This document shows positions 31,369 to 42,169 of a DNA stretch of 64,000 nucleotides, in pieces. The DNA comes from an uncultured Methanoregulaceae archaeon (lineage in GTDB: Archaea > Halobacteriota > Methanomicrobia > Methanomicrobiales > Methanospirillaceae): contig OY970343.1 of assembly GCA_963717525.1 (NCBI GenBank), positions 1,440,001 through 1,504,000 of the forward strand. The letters run 5' to 3'. Made by a program: the position numbers and the translations under genes. The notes beneath the pieces were generated by a model. It worked only from the letters and a program-made list of their open reading frames with translations, did no database searches and was not told where the DNA came from. Numbering within the stretch: the stretch's first letter is position 1; every line of letters begins with the position of its first letter.

Positions 31369-33207
31369 ATGAGCGAAATAAAACAGGTGGTCGTGCTCGT
31401 CATCGCCACACTTCTTATCGGGGTAATCGGGCTTGCGGCCGTCCTCACCATCCCCCCGTTACTCCAGGGCGACCTCGTTGCCAGTTCATACGGGGCGGTT
31501 CTCTATCCGAATGGCACGCTCCACGAGCAGTATACCTACACTGTCGATAACTCCGGCGAGTACCGGATGCTCTACCGGAGCTGGGAGGCACCGCTGACAT
31601 TCACGGCTGTTAACCAGTCGTCTATCCAGCTGGTCACAATCGATGCACCGGCCGGGACGATCGGGTACGCGAAGGACTATTCAGGAAATGTCTACCTTTC
31701 GACCCCGGGCCAGAGTTCATCTGTTTCAGACCAGGTCGGGTATCTCGCAGATACCGATGAAGTCGGGATCTACGACCCGGATTATTTTGCAGCGGGGACG
31801 TATACGGTCGGGTACACCTACACGATCCATCCCCCGATTGAATATGATTCCGCGAACGACCATCTGAACCTCCTGCTGGCGGGCGGGAGCCATATCCCGT
31901 ACCAGTCCGTCCAGATCACAATCCCTGCCACCGGTGTCACACAGGTATACGCATATCCCCCAAGCCTGACGACAGAAAAGACCGGTGACACGTACACGCT
32001 TTCCGGAAGTGCTGCAGCAGATGAGAACGTCGCGGTGGAGGTTCTTACGACCCCCGGCGGACTCGGACAGATCCCCGGGTTCAGGAGTAATGTGGAGGGT
32101 CTCGCAGGAAGCACGGCTTCAGGAAGCTTCTGGTACGACCTGCCCTACTATGTTGCGTGGTTCCTCTTATACCTGGGAATGGCGGCAGTGATCCTCACTC
32201 CGTTTGTCCTTCTCTTTATCTACCAGCGGTACGGGCGGGAGAAGACCTTTGTCGTCCCTGCATACCTCAGCACCATCCCGGACCCGTCGAAGAAACCCTG
32301 GCAGGTGAACCTGCTCTTCAAGGGCGATGCAATGGAGTTTGACAAGGACGGCTTTTATGCCACCCTGCTGGACCTGCACCGGAGAAAAATTATCGCGATC
32401 ACGGAGAAGGGGGATGGAAAAAGCATCGAAATCCGGAAACTTTCGGCCGCAACCACGGATCCGTACGAGCTGCGGGTGTTGGCCTTTATCGACCAGCTTT
32501 CCGAGAATGGCGTCCTCGATACGGCAAAATTCGGGGAACTGACAGCACAAGCACAGTCAGGGTATGCGTCACAAGAAAAGGCGCTGAGATTCCAGGCAAA
32601 TCTTGCGGATATTACCAGCCGGGCCGATGCCGCCCTTCCCTTCCGGTATGTCGTGGACGGAAGGGATCATATCCTGCCGCTGCTTTTTACCGGCGTCGTG
32701 GCGTTCGGGATCACGGTTATCATCGCGCTCGTGGCATCCATGCAGTCTTCCATCCTCTACCCGGCGGTCGTGCTCTGGGGTATCGTGGCCGTACAGGCAT
32801 TTCTTGCATTCTCAACGCCCCCCGCCCTTTTCGGGCACTGGACCGATGATCACTACAAGGAAAAACTCGAATGGGATTCTTTTGCCCATTTCCTCTCGGA
32901 TATGGCGATGATACAGAAATATGCCCCCTCCGATCTCTCCATGTGGGGTGACTGGCTGGTGTATGGCACGGCCCTTGGTGTCGGTGAAAAAGTTGAAAAT
33001 GCAATGAAGTCGCTCAATATCCACATCGCAGAGACCGGAGTCCCGATTGGCGTAGTCGGCATGAGCTACGCATTTATCCCGATTATGATGTTCACCCCGA
33101 TGCCCCGTGGCGGCGGTTTTGGCGGCGGGCGCGGGGGAGGCGGCTTCGGTGGTGGTGGATTCGGCGGTGGCGGCGGTTTTGGCGGCGGTGGCGCTCACGG
33201 CAGGTAA
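31369..33207 (+). CDS. DUF2207 membrane protein with Gly-rich C-terminus
   Basis: ATLLDL, W..F..FL, WGDWLVYGTALGV and a GGGFGGGG tail; follows lemA. Confidence 0.85.
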   Translation: MSEIKQVVVLVIATLLIGVIGLAAVLTIPPLLQGDLVASSYGAVLYPNGTLHEQYTYTVDNSGEYRMLYRSWEAPLTFTAVNQSSIQLVTIDAPAGTIGYAKDYSGNVYLSTPGQSSSVSDQVGYLADTDEVGIYDPDYFAAGTYTVGYTYTIHPPIEYDSANDHLNLLLAGGSHIPYQSVQITIPATGVTQVYAYPPSLTTEKTGDTYTLSGSAAADENVAVEVLTTPGGLGQIPGFRSNVEGLAGSTASGSFWYDLPYYVAWFLLYLGMAAVILTPFVLLFIYQRYGREKTFVVPAYLSTIPDPSKKPWQVNLLFKGDAMEFDKDGFYATLLDLHRRKIIAITEKGDGKSIEIRKLSAATTDPYELRVLAFIDQLSENGVLDTAKFGELTAQAQSGYASQEKALRFQANLADITSRADAALPFRYVVDGRDHILPLLFTGVVAFGITVIIALVASMQSSILYPAVVLWGIVAVQAFLAFSTPPALFGHWTDDHYKEKLEWDSFAHFLSDMAMIQKYAPSDLSMWGDWLVYGTALGVGEKVENAMKSLNIHIAETGVPIGVVGMSYAFIPIMMFTPMPRGGGFGGGRGGGGFGGGGFGGGGGFGGGGAHGR

Positions 33208-33448
33208 AACCCCGGGTCACTGCGGCGATCAACCGTGCCCGGAAAAATGATGAATCGAAAGACAAAAACCACCCTGTCCGGTTAATGGGATGGGGGATAT
33301 CCCGTTCTTTTTAATTGGGGTAAGGCACTCTATCAGCGCCGTTTTTCCCTGCTGTAATCCAGATGTCATTATCCGGGAGAAAATCTGCCGACCCCCGCCC
33401 CACTCCGTTTCCTCTATTAACCCGGACGCAGATCACTTTGGTATATCA

Positions 33449-34896
33449 ATGGACCTCCGAGCGCTGATCCCGAAGGACGCCCAGGCATTCAGGACCAAGA
33501 CCATCGACAAGCTCATGGAATGCACCGGTGGCGAGCATGCGCTCAGAAGAGTGCTCTCTCCGCTCGACCTCACGCTCATGGGTATCGGTGCCATCATCGG
33601 CACCGGCATCTTCGTCATCACCGGTGTTGTCGCAGCCAACTATTCCGGGCCGGCGCTTGTGGTCTCATTTGGGATCGCCGGCATCGTCTGCGCTTTTGCC
33701 GCCCTCGCGTACGCGGAGTTTGCTGCGATGGTACCTGTTGCCGGGAGTGCGTACACGTACAGCTACGCGTCGCTTGGCGAGATCTGGGCCTGGATCATCG
33801 GATGGGACCTGATCCTCGAATATGCCGTCTCCATTGCGGCGGTCGCGGTCGGATGGTCGGGATATGTCACAAGCCTCGCCGCGGGTGCCGGGATCACGCT
33901 TACCCGCTGCATTGGTCAACCCGCCCGGGACAAGCGGGGGACTGGTCAATATCCCGGCGATGGTGATCATCCTGCTGGTCACCGTCCTGCTCATTATCGG
34001 TGTGCGGGAAAGTGCCCGGGTCAATACGGTGATCGTCGCAATAAAACTTGGCGTGATCCTTCTCTTCCTGTACCTGGCCTTCGGCCATATCCAGCCTGCC
34101 AACTGGGTACCCTTCATGCCATTTGGCTGGAGCGGGGTCATCACCGGGGCCGCAATCGTCTTTTTTGCCTACATCGGTTTCGATGCAGTCTCGACTGCCG
34201 CTGAGGAGGTTAAAAACCCAAAAAGAGATGTGCCCATCGGGATTCTCTCATCACTTGCCATCGCGACCGTCCTTTACATCGCGGTCTCCGCAGTCCTCAC
34301 CGGGATCGTACCCTACTCGCTCTTTGCCGGGACAAGCGCCCCGGTCGCTTTCGCCCTTGAACAGATCGGGATCTCGTGGGGATCCGCGCTCATCTCGGTC
34401 GGGGCAATCTGCGGGATCACCTCGGTTATCATCGTCCTCCTGTATGGGCAGACCCGTATTTTCTATGCCATGTCACGCGACGGCCTGCTCCCCGGCCTCT
34501 TCCGGCAGATCCATCCCGTGTACCGGACCCCGGTCAAGGTCACCATCCTTGTTGGAACCGTCACTGCCATCCTCGCCGGATTTCTCCCGCTCACCACTAT
34601 CGCCGAGCTTGTCAACATAGGGACACTGGCCGCATTCATTATCGTTTCGCTGGGCGTGATCGTGCTCCGTTACACGCAACCATCGCTGCCCCGGCCCTTT
34701 CCGGTGCCCTCTTGTCCCCCTTGTCCCAATCCTCTGCATCCTCTCCTGCGGGCTCCTGATCCTCGCGCTCCCGCTGGTGACCCACCTGCGCTTTGTACTC
34801 TGGCTTGCTGTCGGCCTTGTAATCTATATCCTCTACAGCCGGCACCACAGCAGGATCAACGAGGATACGAGCGCAGTCGAATGCTGGAAAGGATAA
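33449..34896 (+). CDS. APC-family amino acid permease (frameshifts near 33900 and 34705)
   Basis: GIGAIIGTGIF, GPA, AGSAYTY, GWDLILEY, FFAYIGFD, EEVKNP and SRDGLLP over three frames. Confidence 0.88.
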
Positions 34897-34937
34897 GCAC
34901 TCAGGAAACATCCCCGGTGCCGCAGCGCAAAAAAGGG

Positions 34938-35510
34938 TTATTTCCTGAGTTTCTTCATGACCCATGCCATGTTCTCGCCCAGCACCTTCATGGTGTTGAG
35001 CCCTTCATCGTCGTTTTCCACATCACCCGGTGCAAGCCCGATCCCCACGTTCCAGTAGCACGAGCCCGGGACCACCATCTGGTTGATGAAGAAGAAATGG
35101 TTGATCGTATCAAACGTGTGGATCGCACCACCACGACGCACAGCCACCACTGCTGCCCCGACCTTGCGCCGGAACATACTGTCATTACCCATGGCAACAA
35201 AACCCGATCGGTCGATCAGGGCTTTCATTTCAGCACTCACATCAGAGAAATAGGTCGGCGAGGCAAGGATGATCCCGTCCGCCTCGTCCATCTTTGCGAT
35301 ACACTCGTTTGCAAAATCATCGATCACGCAGCGGCGGTCCTGATTCTCCCTGCATTTCATGCACGCAGTGCACCCGTGCACCTTCTTTCCTGAGAGTTGC
35401 ACAAGCTCGGTCCTGATTCCCGCTTTTTCGAGTTCCGTAAACAGTGCCCGTACAAGGATCGCAGTATTCCCGTCCTTGCGTGCACTTCCGTTGAATGCGA
35501 CGACTTTCAT
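34938..35510 (-). CDS. Iron-sulfur flavoprotein (Isf)/flavodoxin family
   Basis: FNGSARKDGNT, CTACMKC...C, ASPTYF and RRGG. Confidence 0.9.
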   Translation of the reverse strand: MKVVAFNGSARKDGNTAILVRALFTELEKAGIRTELVQLSGKKVHGCTACMKCRENQDRRCVIDDFANECIAKMDEADGIILASPTYFSDVSAEMKALIDRSGFVAMGNDSMFRRKVGAAVVAVRRGGAIHTFDTINHFFFINQMVVPGSCYWNVGIGLAPGDVENDDEGLNTMKVLGENMAWVMKKLRK

Positions 35511-35703
35511 GGTCTTTTTCTCCGGTAATAAAACCCTATGGCATCGCTATGTACATAATCATATCAGTATCCCGGGGGATATCGGAACCAAGGACATATC
35601 CAGAGGGACCGGATTACGGTGCAGGGAGGCGAAGAAGGTTGCCGTTCTCCCGCAGCTGCTGGGGCACCATCTTAAGAGCCCGCGCGCCAAATAGTCGTGC
35701 GAT

Positions 35704-37302
35704 ATGAATTCAAGGTTGCAGTTTTCCGATCTCTCACTCTCAAAAGAGATCGCGAAAGCCATAGAAACTATGGGCTTTGAAGAGCCCACCCCCATCCAGG
35801 CACTCGCCATTCCCCTCATCCAGGCCGGCCGTGACGTGACCGCACAGGCACAGACCGGTACCGGAAAGACTTCTGCGTTTGGCATCCCCGTCATAGAAAA
35901 TATCGATGCGTCCCAACGGGTCGTACAGGCCATCGTCCTGTGCCCGACCCGGGAACTCGCCATCCAGATTGCCGAGGAGTTTTCCCACCTTCTCGCCCAC
36001 CTCCCGAAAATTTCCGTCCTTCCGGTCTATGGCGGCCAGCCCATAGAACGCCAGCTCAAGGCCCTTGCACACGGTGTCCACATCGTGATAGGCACTCCCG
36101 GGCGTGTGATGGACCACCTCAAGCGCCGGACCCTCTCGCTCGATAATGTTTCCATTGTAGTGCTTGATGAAGCGGACCAGATGCTTGACATGGGATTCCG
36201 GGACGACATTGAGCGTATCTTAAAACGCGTCCCCCAGAAGAGGCAGACACTCCTTTTCTCTGCGACGATGCCCCAGCCCATCATCGAGATTTCAAAGCGA
36301 TTCCAGAACAGGCCTGAGTTTGTCCGGGTCGAGTACCAGGAACTTACCGTTCCTGCCATCGAGCAATCGTATATCGAAGTCAGGGACCGGGACAAGCTCG
36401 AATCTCTCTGCCGGGTGATCGATGTCGTTGACCCGCAGCTTGCCATCATCTTCTGCAACACGAAGAGGGGCGCGGAAGACCTTGCCGGCCGTGTCCGGGC
36501 ACGGGGCTACCGTGCTGAGGAACTCCATGGAGACCTGAAACAGTCCCAGCGCGACCGGGTCATGAATAGTTTCCGGAAAGGCACCATCGACATCCTGATC
36601 GCAACTGATGTTGCAGCCCGTGGAATAGATGTGGAGGATGTGGACATTGTGATCAATTACGATGTTCCCCAGGATGTAGAATACTACGTGCACCGTATCG
36701 GCCGGACGGGAAGGGCAGGGAAAAGTGGCCGGGCGATCACCCTTGTCACCCCCCGGGATCTCACCAAGATCCGCGAGATCCAGAAATATATAAAAGTCCA
36801 GATCCCAAGAAAACCCCTGCCAACGGCTACCGATGTGGTCGAGTCAAAAACAAAGACAATACTCGAGGAGGTACGCGAGATCATACAAAAGGGCGGCATC
36901 GAGCCGTATGCCCGTATGGTCGAGCAGGAGAGCGAAGGGGATCTCACCATGCTTGAGATCGCCGCCGCACTCCTGAAAATGCGCATGGAGCAGGGCGCAG
37001 ACTCCCACAAAGAGCGTGCAGCCCCGACAGACTTTGGCGACACCGGGGCTGAGGCCGGGATGGTGAGGTTCTTTTTGGGCCTTGGCCGCGATCACAATGT
37101 CGCTCCCAAGGATATTGTAGGCGCTATCGCCGGTGAGACCGGTATCCCCGGTAAATCCATCGGGGCGATACGAATCCTCGACACCTACTCTTTTGTCGAG
37201 GTCCCCCGCGATTGCGCAGAAGAAGTCTACACGATCATGAAGGAGCGCACGATCCGGGGCCAGCCAACGGGAATCGAACCGGCGCAGGGCAGGCGCGAAT
37301 AA
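35704..37302 (+). CDS. deaD: DEAD-box RNA helicase with DbpA-type RNA-binding domain
   Basis: Q motif, AQTGTGKT, PTRELA, TPGR, DEAD, SAT, ARGID and HRIGRTGR; C-terminal DIVGAIAGE...IG.IRI. Confidence 0.93.
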   Translation: MNSRLQFSDLSLSKEIAKAIETMGFEEPTPIQALAIPLIQAGRDVTAQAQTGTGKTSAFGIPVIENIDASQRVVQAIVLCPTRELAIQIAEEFSHLLAHLPKISVLPVYGGQPIERQLKALAHGVHIVIGTPGRVMDHLKRRTLSLDNVSIVVLDEADQMLDMGFRDDIERILKRVPQKRQTLLFSATMPQPIIEISKRFQNRPEFVRVEYQELTVPAIEQSYIEVRDRDKLESLCRVIDVVDPQLAIIFCNTKRGAEDLAGRVRARGYRAEELHGDLKQSQRDRVMNSFRKGTIDILIATDVAARGIDVEDVDIVINYDVPQDVEYYVHRIGRTGRAGKSGRAITLVTPRDLTKIREIQKYIKVQIPRKPLPTATDVVESKTKTILEEVREIIQKGGIEPYARMVEQESEGDLTMLEIAAALLKMRMEQGADSHKERAAPTDFGDTGAEAGMVRFFLGLGRDHNVAPKDIVGAIAGETGIPGKSIGAIRILDTYSFVEVPRDCAEEVYTIMKERTIRGQPTGIEPAQGRRE

Positions 37303-37353
37303 GGACGCCTGCTACACGCAATCCTCAATATCTCGCAGGTCGAATTAAACTGC

Positions 37354-37848
37354 ATGAATTTGAAAATCATCTTTGGCGGAATTGCATTCCTGATGCTTCT
37401 GCTTCTCATCGCTGGCTGTACACAAAACGCAGCCCTTCAGGCAACCCCGGTTCCCACGACCGAACCCACCACAGTTCCCGTTACCATTGCCACTGCTGTA
37501 CCGACCACGTTTGTACCCGCTACACCGGGCCCCACCGACACAATACAAAGCAACTGGGCGGTCAGTGTTCAGGTACAGAGCAACGGACAGTCTGTCAACC
37601 CGCAGGTAATTTACACATTCAATGGAGGTATGGGCCAGATTTTAATCCCTGAAATCGATGTCATGCTCACCCGTTCCGATGGGACGGTAGAGACCGGCAA
37701 TATGACGCAGCCCCTCTCCGTAGGTCAGACGGTCAGTCTCCCGGGAACGACCGGCAATAACGACCGGGCAGAAGTCTGGGTAATAACTCCCCAGGGAGAC
37801 AGGGTCAAGATCGTTGACAAGTATGTTCCATTCCGCTCTTACAACTAA
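37354..37848 (+). CDS. Hypothetical lipoprotein-like secreted protein
   Basis: Leader ending IAGC, a Pro/Thr-rich linker and a beta-rich domain. Confidence 0.75.
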   Translation: MNLKIIFGGIAFLMLLLLIAGCTQNAALQATPVPTTEPTTVPVTIATAVPTTFVPATPGPTDTIQSNWAVSVQVQSNGQSVNPQVIYTFNGGMGQILIPEIDVMLTRSDGTVETGNMTQPLSVGQTVSLPGTTGNNDRAEVWVITPQGDRVKIVDKYVPFRSYN

Positions 37849-38096
37849 TCTTTTTTTATCCCCGTATATCCAGTAACCAGACGCCAGAACCACCGGGCTT
37901 GGTAGGTCAATCTATCGGTATGTCTTCCCTGAAGGATTACTTTGGAGATCCACAATCCCCTTCATGCCCTTTATGCTCCGCGTGGTAACAGGTTATGCTG
38001 CCTGTCTGACCTGATCGAAAATGGAATATCTTTTTTCCGGTGGACATCGGCCTTTCTTAAACCCCTGATCTGCGCGGGTCCTTCACCAGACTCATC

Positions 38097-38555
38097 TTAT
38101 TGGTCATCCTCAAGGTGAAGGGTCTGCCATTCAACCGCCTTTTCCTCCACGGCTTTTTTTATCACCCGCTGTGTCCGGGAAAGAGTAGCACTGCCGTGCT
38201 TCACATCCATGAAAACGATCCTGATACTTGACCCCTTTTCATCGGCAACTGATGAAAGGCCATCGAAAATGATGTAATCGACCGGGGACCCGATGAAACG
38301 TGCATCGGCAGGAAGATACCCAAACGAGGGCAGCAGGGGTGCCATCTGTTCCGCGATCTTCCCTTTCAGGGTCGAGCGGGAGCGGTTGACCGAGTCTTTC
38401 CGGATCTCTGCTGCAGATTCCGCTTTCCATCGCTCAAGGTCCGCCTTGTAACGCTGCTCGATGGCGTTAATCTGCGCTTTTACAAAGAGCCAGCCAAGCA
38501 AAAACCCGGCGACCAGCGCTATGATAATATAACCGAGGATATCTTCAAACGCCAT
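38097..38555 (-). CDS. Holliday-junction-resolvase-related endonuclease (Endonuc_Holl-like) with N-terminal TM helix
   Basis: SRSTLKGKIAEQMAP, RFIGSPVDYIIFDG and F.DVK PD-(D/E)xK motif. Confidence 0.85.
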   Translation of the reverse strand: MAFEDILGYIIIALVAGFLLGWLFVKAQINAIEQRYKADLERWKAESAAEIRKDSVNRSRSTLKGKIAEQMAPLLPSFGYLPADARFIGSPVDYIIFDGLSSVADEKGSSIRIVFMDVKHGSATLSRTQRVIKKAVEEKAVEWQTLHLEDDQ

Positions 38556-38902
38556 AATGAATGGTGCGGTGCCGGCCTTTTATGCAGATGGGTGGGCGGG
38601 GTGAAAATAACCGCTGCATTACCAGGTGATGCTCCCCGTTTCCTCATGCATTGAACCCTGCCTTGTAGCAGATTCCGATTCAGATACACTGACCAGGCAC
38701 CGTTTGCAAACCTACAGTCTGCGATACCCCCGGATGCTGTCCGAAGCCGGCCCTGTCATCTCCGGAATGACACCATAAAATACAGAAATCTATCACTCTC
38801 TTCCGCGTGCCGGTTTTGCATCTCTGTTTTTAAGGATATCTGCAGATATGCATGAACCACAATTCTTTTTTCCCGCATGGTAGACTTAGTGAATGTATAG
38901 CT

Positions 38903-39367
38903 ATGCAGAAAACCCAAGCCCGAAAATACCAGGTAGTTGAGGAAGCAGAGATTGATCTCGTCCTCAAGTGCAGGGACAGCCACGAATTTTACGATCAGTA
39001 CCTCAAAGTATTCCCGGATACAAAAAAAGGCCTCGACAGTATCAGCAAGATATGGAAACGCCGGAGCGAATTTGCCAAAAAACGGCCGCAGATTCTTCCG
39101 CAGGCAGAACACGGGACGGCTAATTCCCGGGAGATCCAGGTACTGATCGCCGAGCAGACGAAGATTATGAGTGATATGGCAGCGCTCACCAAGGAGAACC
39201 TTGAAGTGAGCAGGCAGATCCTTTCGGCGATCGCTCACCAGAACAGGATCCTGACCGGGCATCATGAGGAAAAACCAAAAGATCCCACGCATGCCGCCCC
39301 ACCCCCAAAACCACCGGTACAGAAAAAAGCTCCTGAGAAGCAGACACCCATTATGGTCGGTTCGTAA
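38903..39367 (+). CDS. Hypothetical protein (coiled-coil, Pro/Lys-rich tail)
   Basis: Coherent 154-aa ORF followed by T-rich terminator-like tracts. Confidence 0.65.
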   Translation: MQKTQARKYQVVEEAEIDLVLKCRDSHEFYDQYLKVFPDTKKGLDSISKIWKRRSEFAKKRPQILPQAEHGTANSREIQVLIAEQTKIMSDMAALTKENLEVSRQILSAIAHQNRILTGHHEEKPKDPTHAAPPPKPPVQKKAPEKQTPIMVGS

Positions 39368-39599
39368 AGTGCTACAATTTTTTGTGGGGGTTTTTTTGCT
39401 CCCGCGCATATCTTTTTTTATATGCAAAACTCAAACAAAATCCCACAATTTTGCCGTTTTTTGGGAAATTCGCTGTTTAAAGTCGGGTTAATTTATTCCC
39501 CTAGTCTCGGATTATCTTTTAAATTTTATAGTGGGAAAAGCCCTGGCTCCCTCAAAGAACCCTATTCATATATATAGATCCAGACAAAACTTTTTGTAT

Positions 39600-39956
39600 A
39601 TGCCACGAGGACGGCCAAAAGGTTCCAGAAACCTGAGTGCGTATGAACGCGGAAAAGTGAAACGAATACGCGAAATACTGTCCCAGAAAGGGATCAACGA
39701 TTTTGACCGGTTTCGGGATCAGCAGGTCCTCAATAATATCTATGTCAACACTGAGGGTGAAATTTTTGTGAAATACGGACTGGATAAAAATTTCACTACA
39801 GAAAAGGTCTCCCAGAACCGGAATGGCGAAAAGATCCTTGCAAAACTGGAAAAAAACATCGCTCTGTTGCGTACCGGTACTCTGAAGGATCAAACAAAAA
39901 TTTTTATCAGGAAAAATATTCAGGATTCAGGGAATATTTTATTTTTCCGGTACTGA
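39600..39956 (+). CDS. Small basic hypothetical protein with N-terminal AT-hook-like motif
   Basis: MPRGRPKGSRN; TATA-like TATATATA at about 39569-39576. Confidence 0.65.
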   Translation: MPRGRPKGSRNLSAYERGKVKRIREILSQKGINDFDRFRDQQVLNNIYVNTEGEIFVKYGLDKNFTTEKVSQNRNGEKILAKLEKNIALLRTGTLKDQTKIFIRKNIQDSGNILFFRY

Positions 39957-40148
39957 ACATTTCCTGTCGCGCTGTTTTTGTACCAGTTCCAGATAACCAG
40001 CCAATTCTCTTTTGCTCCACGTCAGCGAACCGTAGCACGGAAAAGACGAAAGGTTCTTATGCGAAAACGAGAGGCCTCTCTCTTTAAGTTCCCGAGGGAA
40101 TAGGCTTCACTGGGATCGACATATCCGTCCTCCGTCAGCACAGAAGAA

Positions 40149-41012
40149 TTGCATAAAAACAATATCCCGTGCCGCCCTACCCATGCGTACATACCGGTGG
40201 TTATCGTTTCCCTCATCCCTATACCCTACCGTATTGCTGCCCTCACGGCAGAAAAAAACGCCCTCTTTGAGTACCCTTTAGAACGTCTTGCCGGTGTGAT
40301 CCGGGACGTCGGGTTCCGGTGCACTGCCTGCGCGAAGTGCTGCACCCGGACATTCAACGGCCATGTCTTTCTGCTCGACCGGGACGTAACTGCGGTTCGG
40401 GCTATCGATTCCCATGCGCTCGAGCCGGCCCCGGATCCCGAGTTCTGCGACCAGAACGGCACATTCTATGTCTCCGGTTATGCACTCAGGGTGAGAGAAG
40501 ATCCCGAAGGGTCGTGCTGGTTCCTTGAAAATGGCAGGTGCAGGATCTATGACCGCAGGTTTGCCATCTGCCGGATCTACCCCTACATGCTCCACCGGGA
40601 GCCTGATGCACAGGGAAAGGTGGACTGGCGCCAGATCTCCGGTCTTGACAAGCATGGCGAATACGGGGCAGCGATCCCGGATGATGAATGCATCGCCCTT
40701 GCCCGAGAGACCCTGGAATATGAGCATGCATTCCTTGACCACCAGATCGGGTTTCTGGAATGCATGCAGGAATGGTTCACCCGTCACCGCCTCCGGCATG
40801 TTCAGAAGATCTACGATGAACATATGCGGCAATACAGGAAAGGGGCATCCATAACGGTCATGGTCTACACCGGCGGACATTTCGAAAAATGCCAGCTCTG
40901 CACCGGTTCAGTCACCACCGTAAACGTAAAGTCGGGCCGCAAGGACCGGGAAAATCCCACAAGAGGCGCCGGTCATGCATTTCACGCGGCCGGAAAGAAC
41001 ATTCCGTATTAA
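40149..41012 (+). CDS. YkgJ-family zinc/iron-chelating cysteine-cluster protein
   Basis: FRCTACAKCC, CWFL...CRIYDRR..ICRIYPY; start uncertain. Confidence 0.82.
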   Translation: MHKNNIPCRPTHAYIPVVIVSLIPIPYRIAALTAEKNALFEYPLERLAGVIRDVGFRCTACAKCCTRTFNGHVFLLDRDVTAVRAIDSHALEPAPDPEFCDQNGTFYVSGYALRVREDPEGSCWFLENGRCRIYDRRFAICRIYPYMLHREPDAQGKVDWRQISGLDKHGEYGAAIPDDECIALARETLEYEHAFLDHQIGFLECMQEWFTRHRLRHVQKIYDEHMRQYRKGASITVMVYTGGHFEKCQLCTGSVTTVNVKSGRKDRENPTRGAGHAFHAAGKNIPY

Positions 41013-41102
41013 ACGGCGCGCAGCACTCTCAACACCGGCAATGGTGCTGGCCTGACGACCGCAAGGGACACGAATCCGGTAAAATTCAAAAAAAAGAGGA
41101 GA

Positions 41103-41958
41103 TCAGATGTTACCCGGGCCAAACTGCTGCTGGCCTGAAGGGGCAAACGCACTCTCGATTACACCGGGAGGCATAATTCCCGGCGCCGAGCCGGTCTTTG
41201 CATACGTGTACAGCGCCACGGTGAAAATCCCCTGCATTGCCGATGCCAGGATCGCAAGGACGGCAATCAGCACGATAAAGAGCGCGAACGCGATGAAAAA
41301 GAGCGTTGTACTCCCGATAAATAGTGTGCCGAGCACCAGAAGCAGGCCGACAACCCCAATCGCGGCAAAAATGAGGGAGATCGAGATCGTACCGACAACG
41401 CTCTCGCCCCAGGTCTTTTTGAAGAGTTCCAGCGATTCCTTCATCGCTGAAAAGACACCTTTGTCCTCAAATGCCAGCACCGGCACGACAAACAGGGTAA
41501 CAAGACTCCAGACCCCACCGATAATCGAGGCGGCAATCTGGCCAAGGAACCCGGCCCGGTCCTCAATCATATGCAGGATCAGGCCGACAGTCGCTGCGAT
41601 GACCGCCCAGGCAAGGATGGAGCCAAGGTGGCTGGTTGCAGCGGCAAGTCCCTCTCTGACGGTCATGTCCTTCCCATTCATCTTTGCATAAACGCAGTCT
41701 GATCAGACCGACGTTAAAGAAGATCACGACAAAGTAGCTGATGAGGTAGAAGATGAAGAGGAAGACGATGCCGCCCACGGTATTTGTGGAGAAAGAAAAC
41801 CAGCCGTTCGAGAAGAATGCAATCGGTATGAAGGTTGCAATCACAAGCAGGGTGACAATACCGGAAATGATGGGGAATGCAAGGAGTTTTTTATCCTCCA
41901 TCAGGATCCGCCAGCTCGCTTTTACCAGCTGGAAACTACGAATAATCCTGTCTATCAT
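41103..41958 (-). CDS. DUF6159-like membrane protein (frameshift near 41695)
   Basis: ASWRIL..DKKL..FP in the first frame continues as IL.WA.IAATVG, FVVPV, S..LFKKTWGE in a second frame. Confidence 0.75.
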
Positions 41959-42169
41959 GATTCCTGTATTTGCAGTCCTACGGCATGAATGTTTTTTTTT
42001 ACCTCATTGGCCGGCATTCAGGCTCACCGGCGTGAAAGGGATTTTTCATGAAACCGGCGCGACTTCCGGGGCATTCATCGCGCAGATCAGTAAGAAAGAA
42101 AAACTTCCCGATAAAACAGAAAACTTCGGATTTTTTGCCACTTTCCGGACTACCCCGGCCCGGAGCGTC

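Noticed and set aside
33110..33200. GGC-rich low-complexity repeat
   Set aside because: It encodes the ordinary Gly-rich tail of DUF2207 proteins.
30774..33207. lemA-DUF2207 pair as a novel system
   Set aside because: This gene pair is widespread and commonly seen; nothing unusual is visible here.
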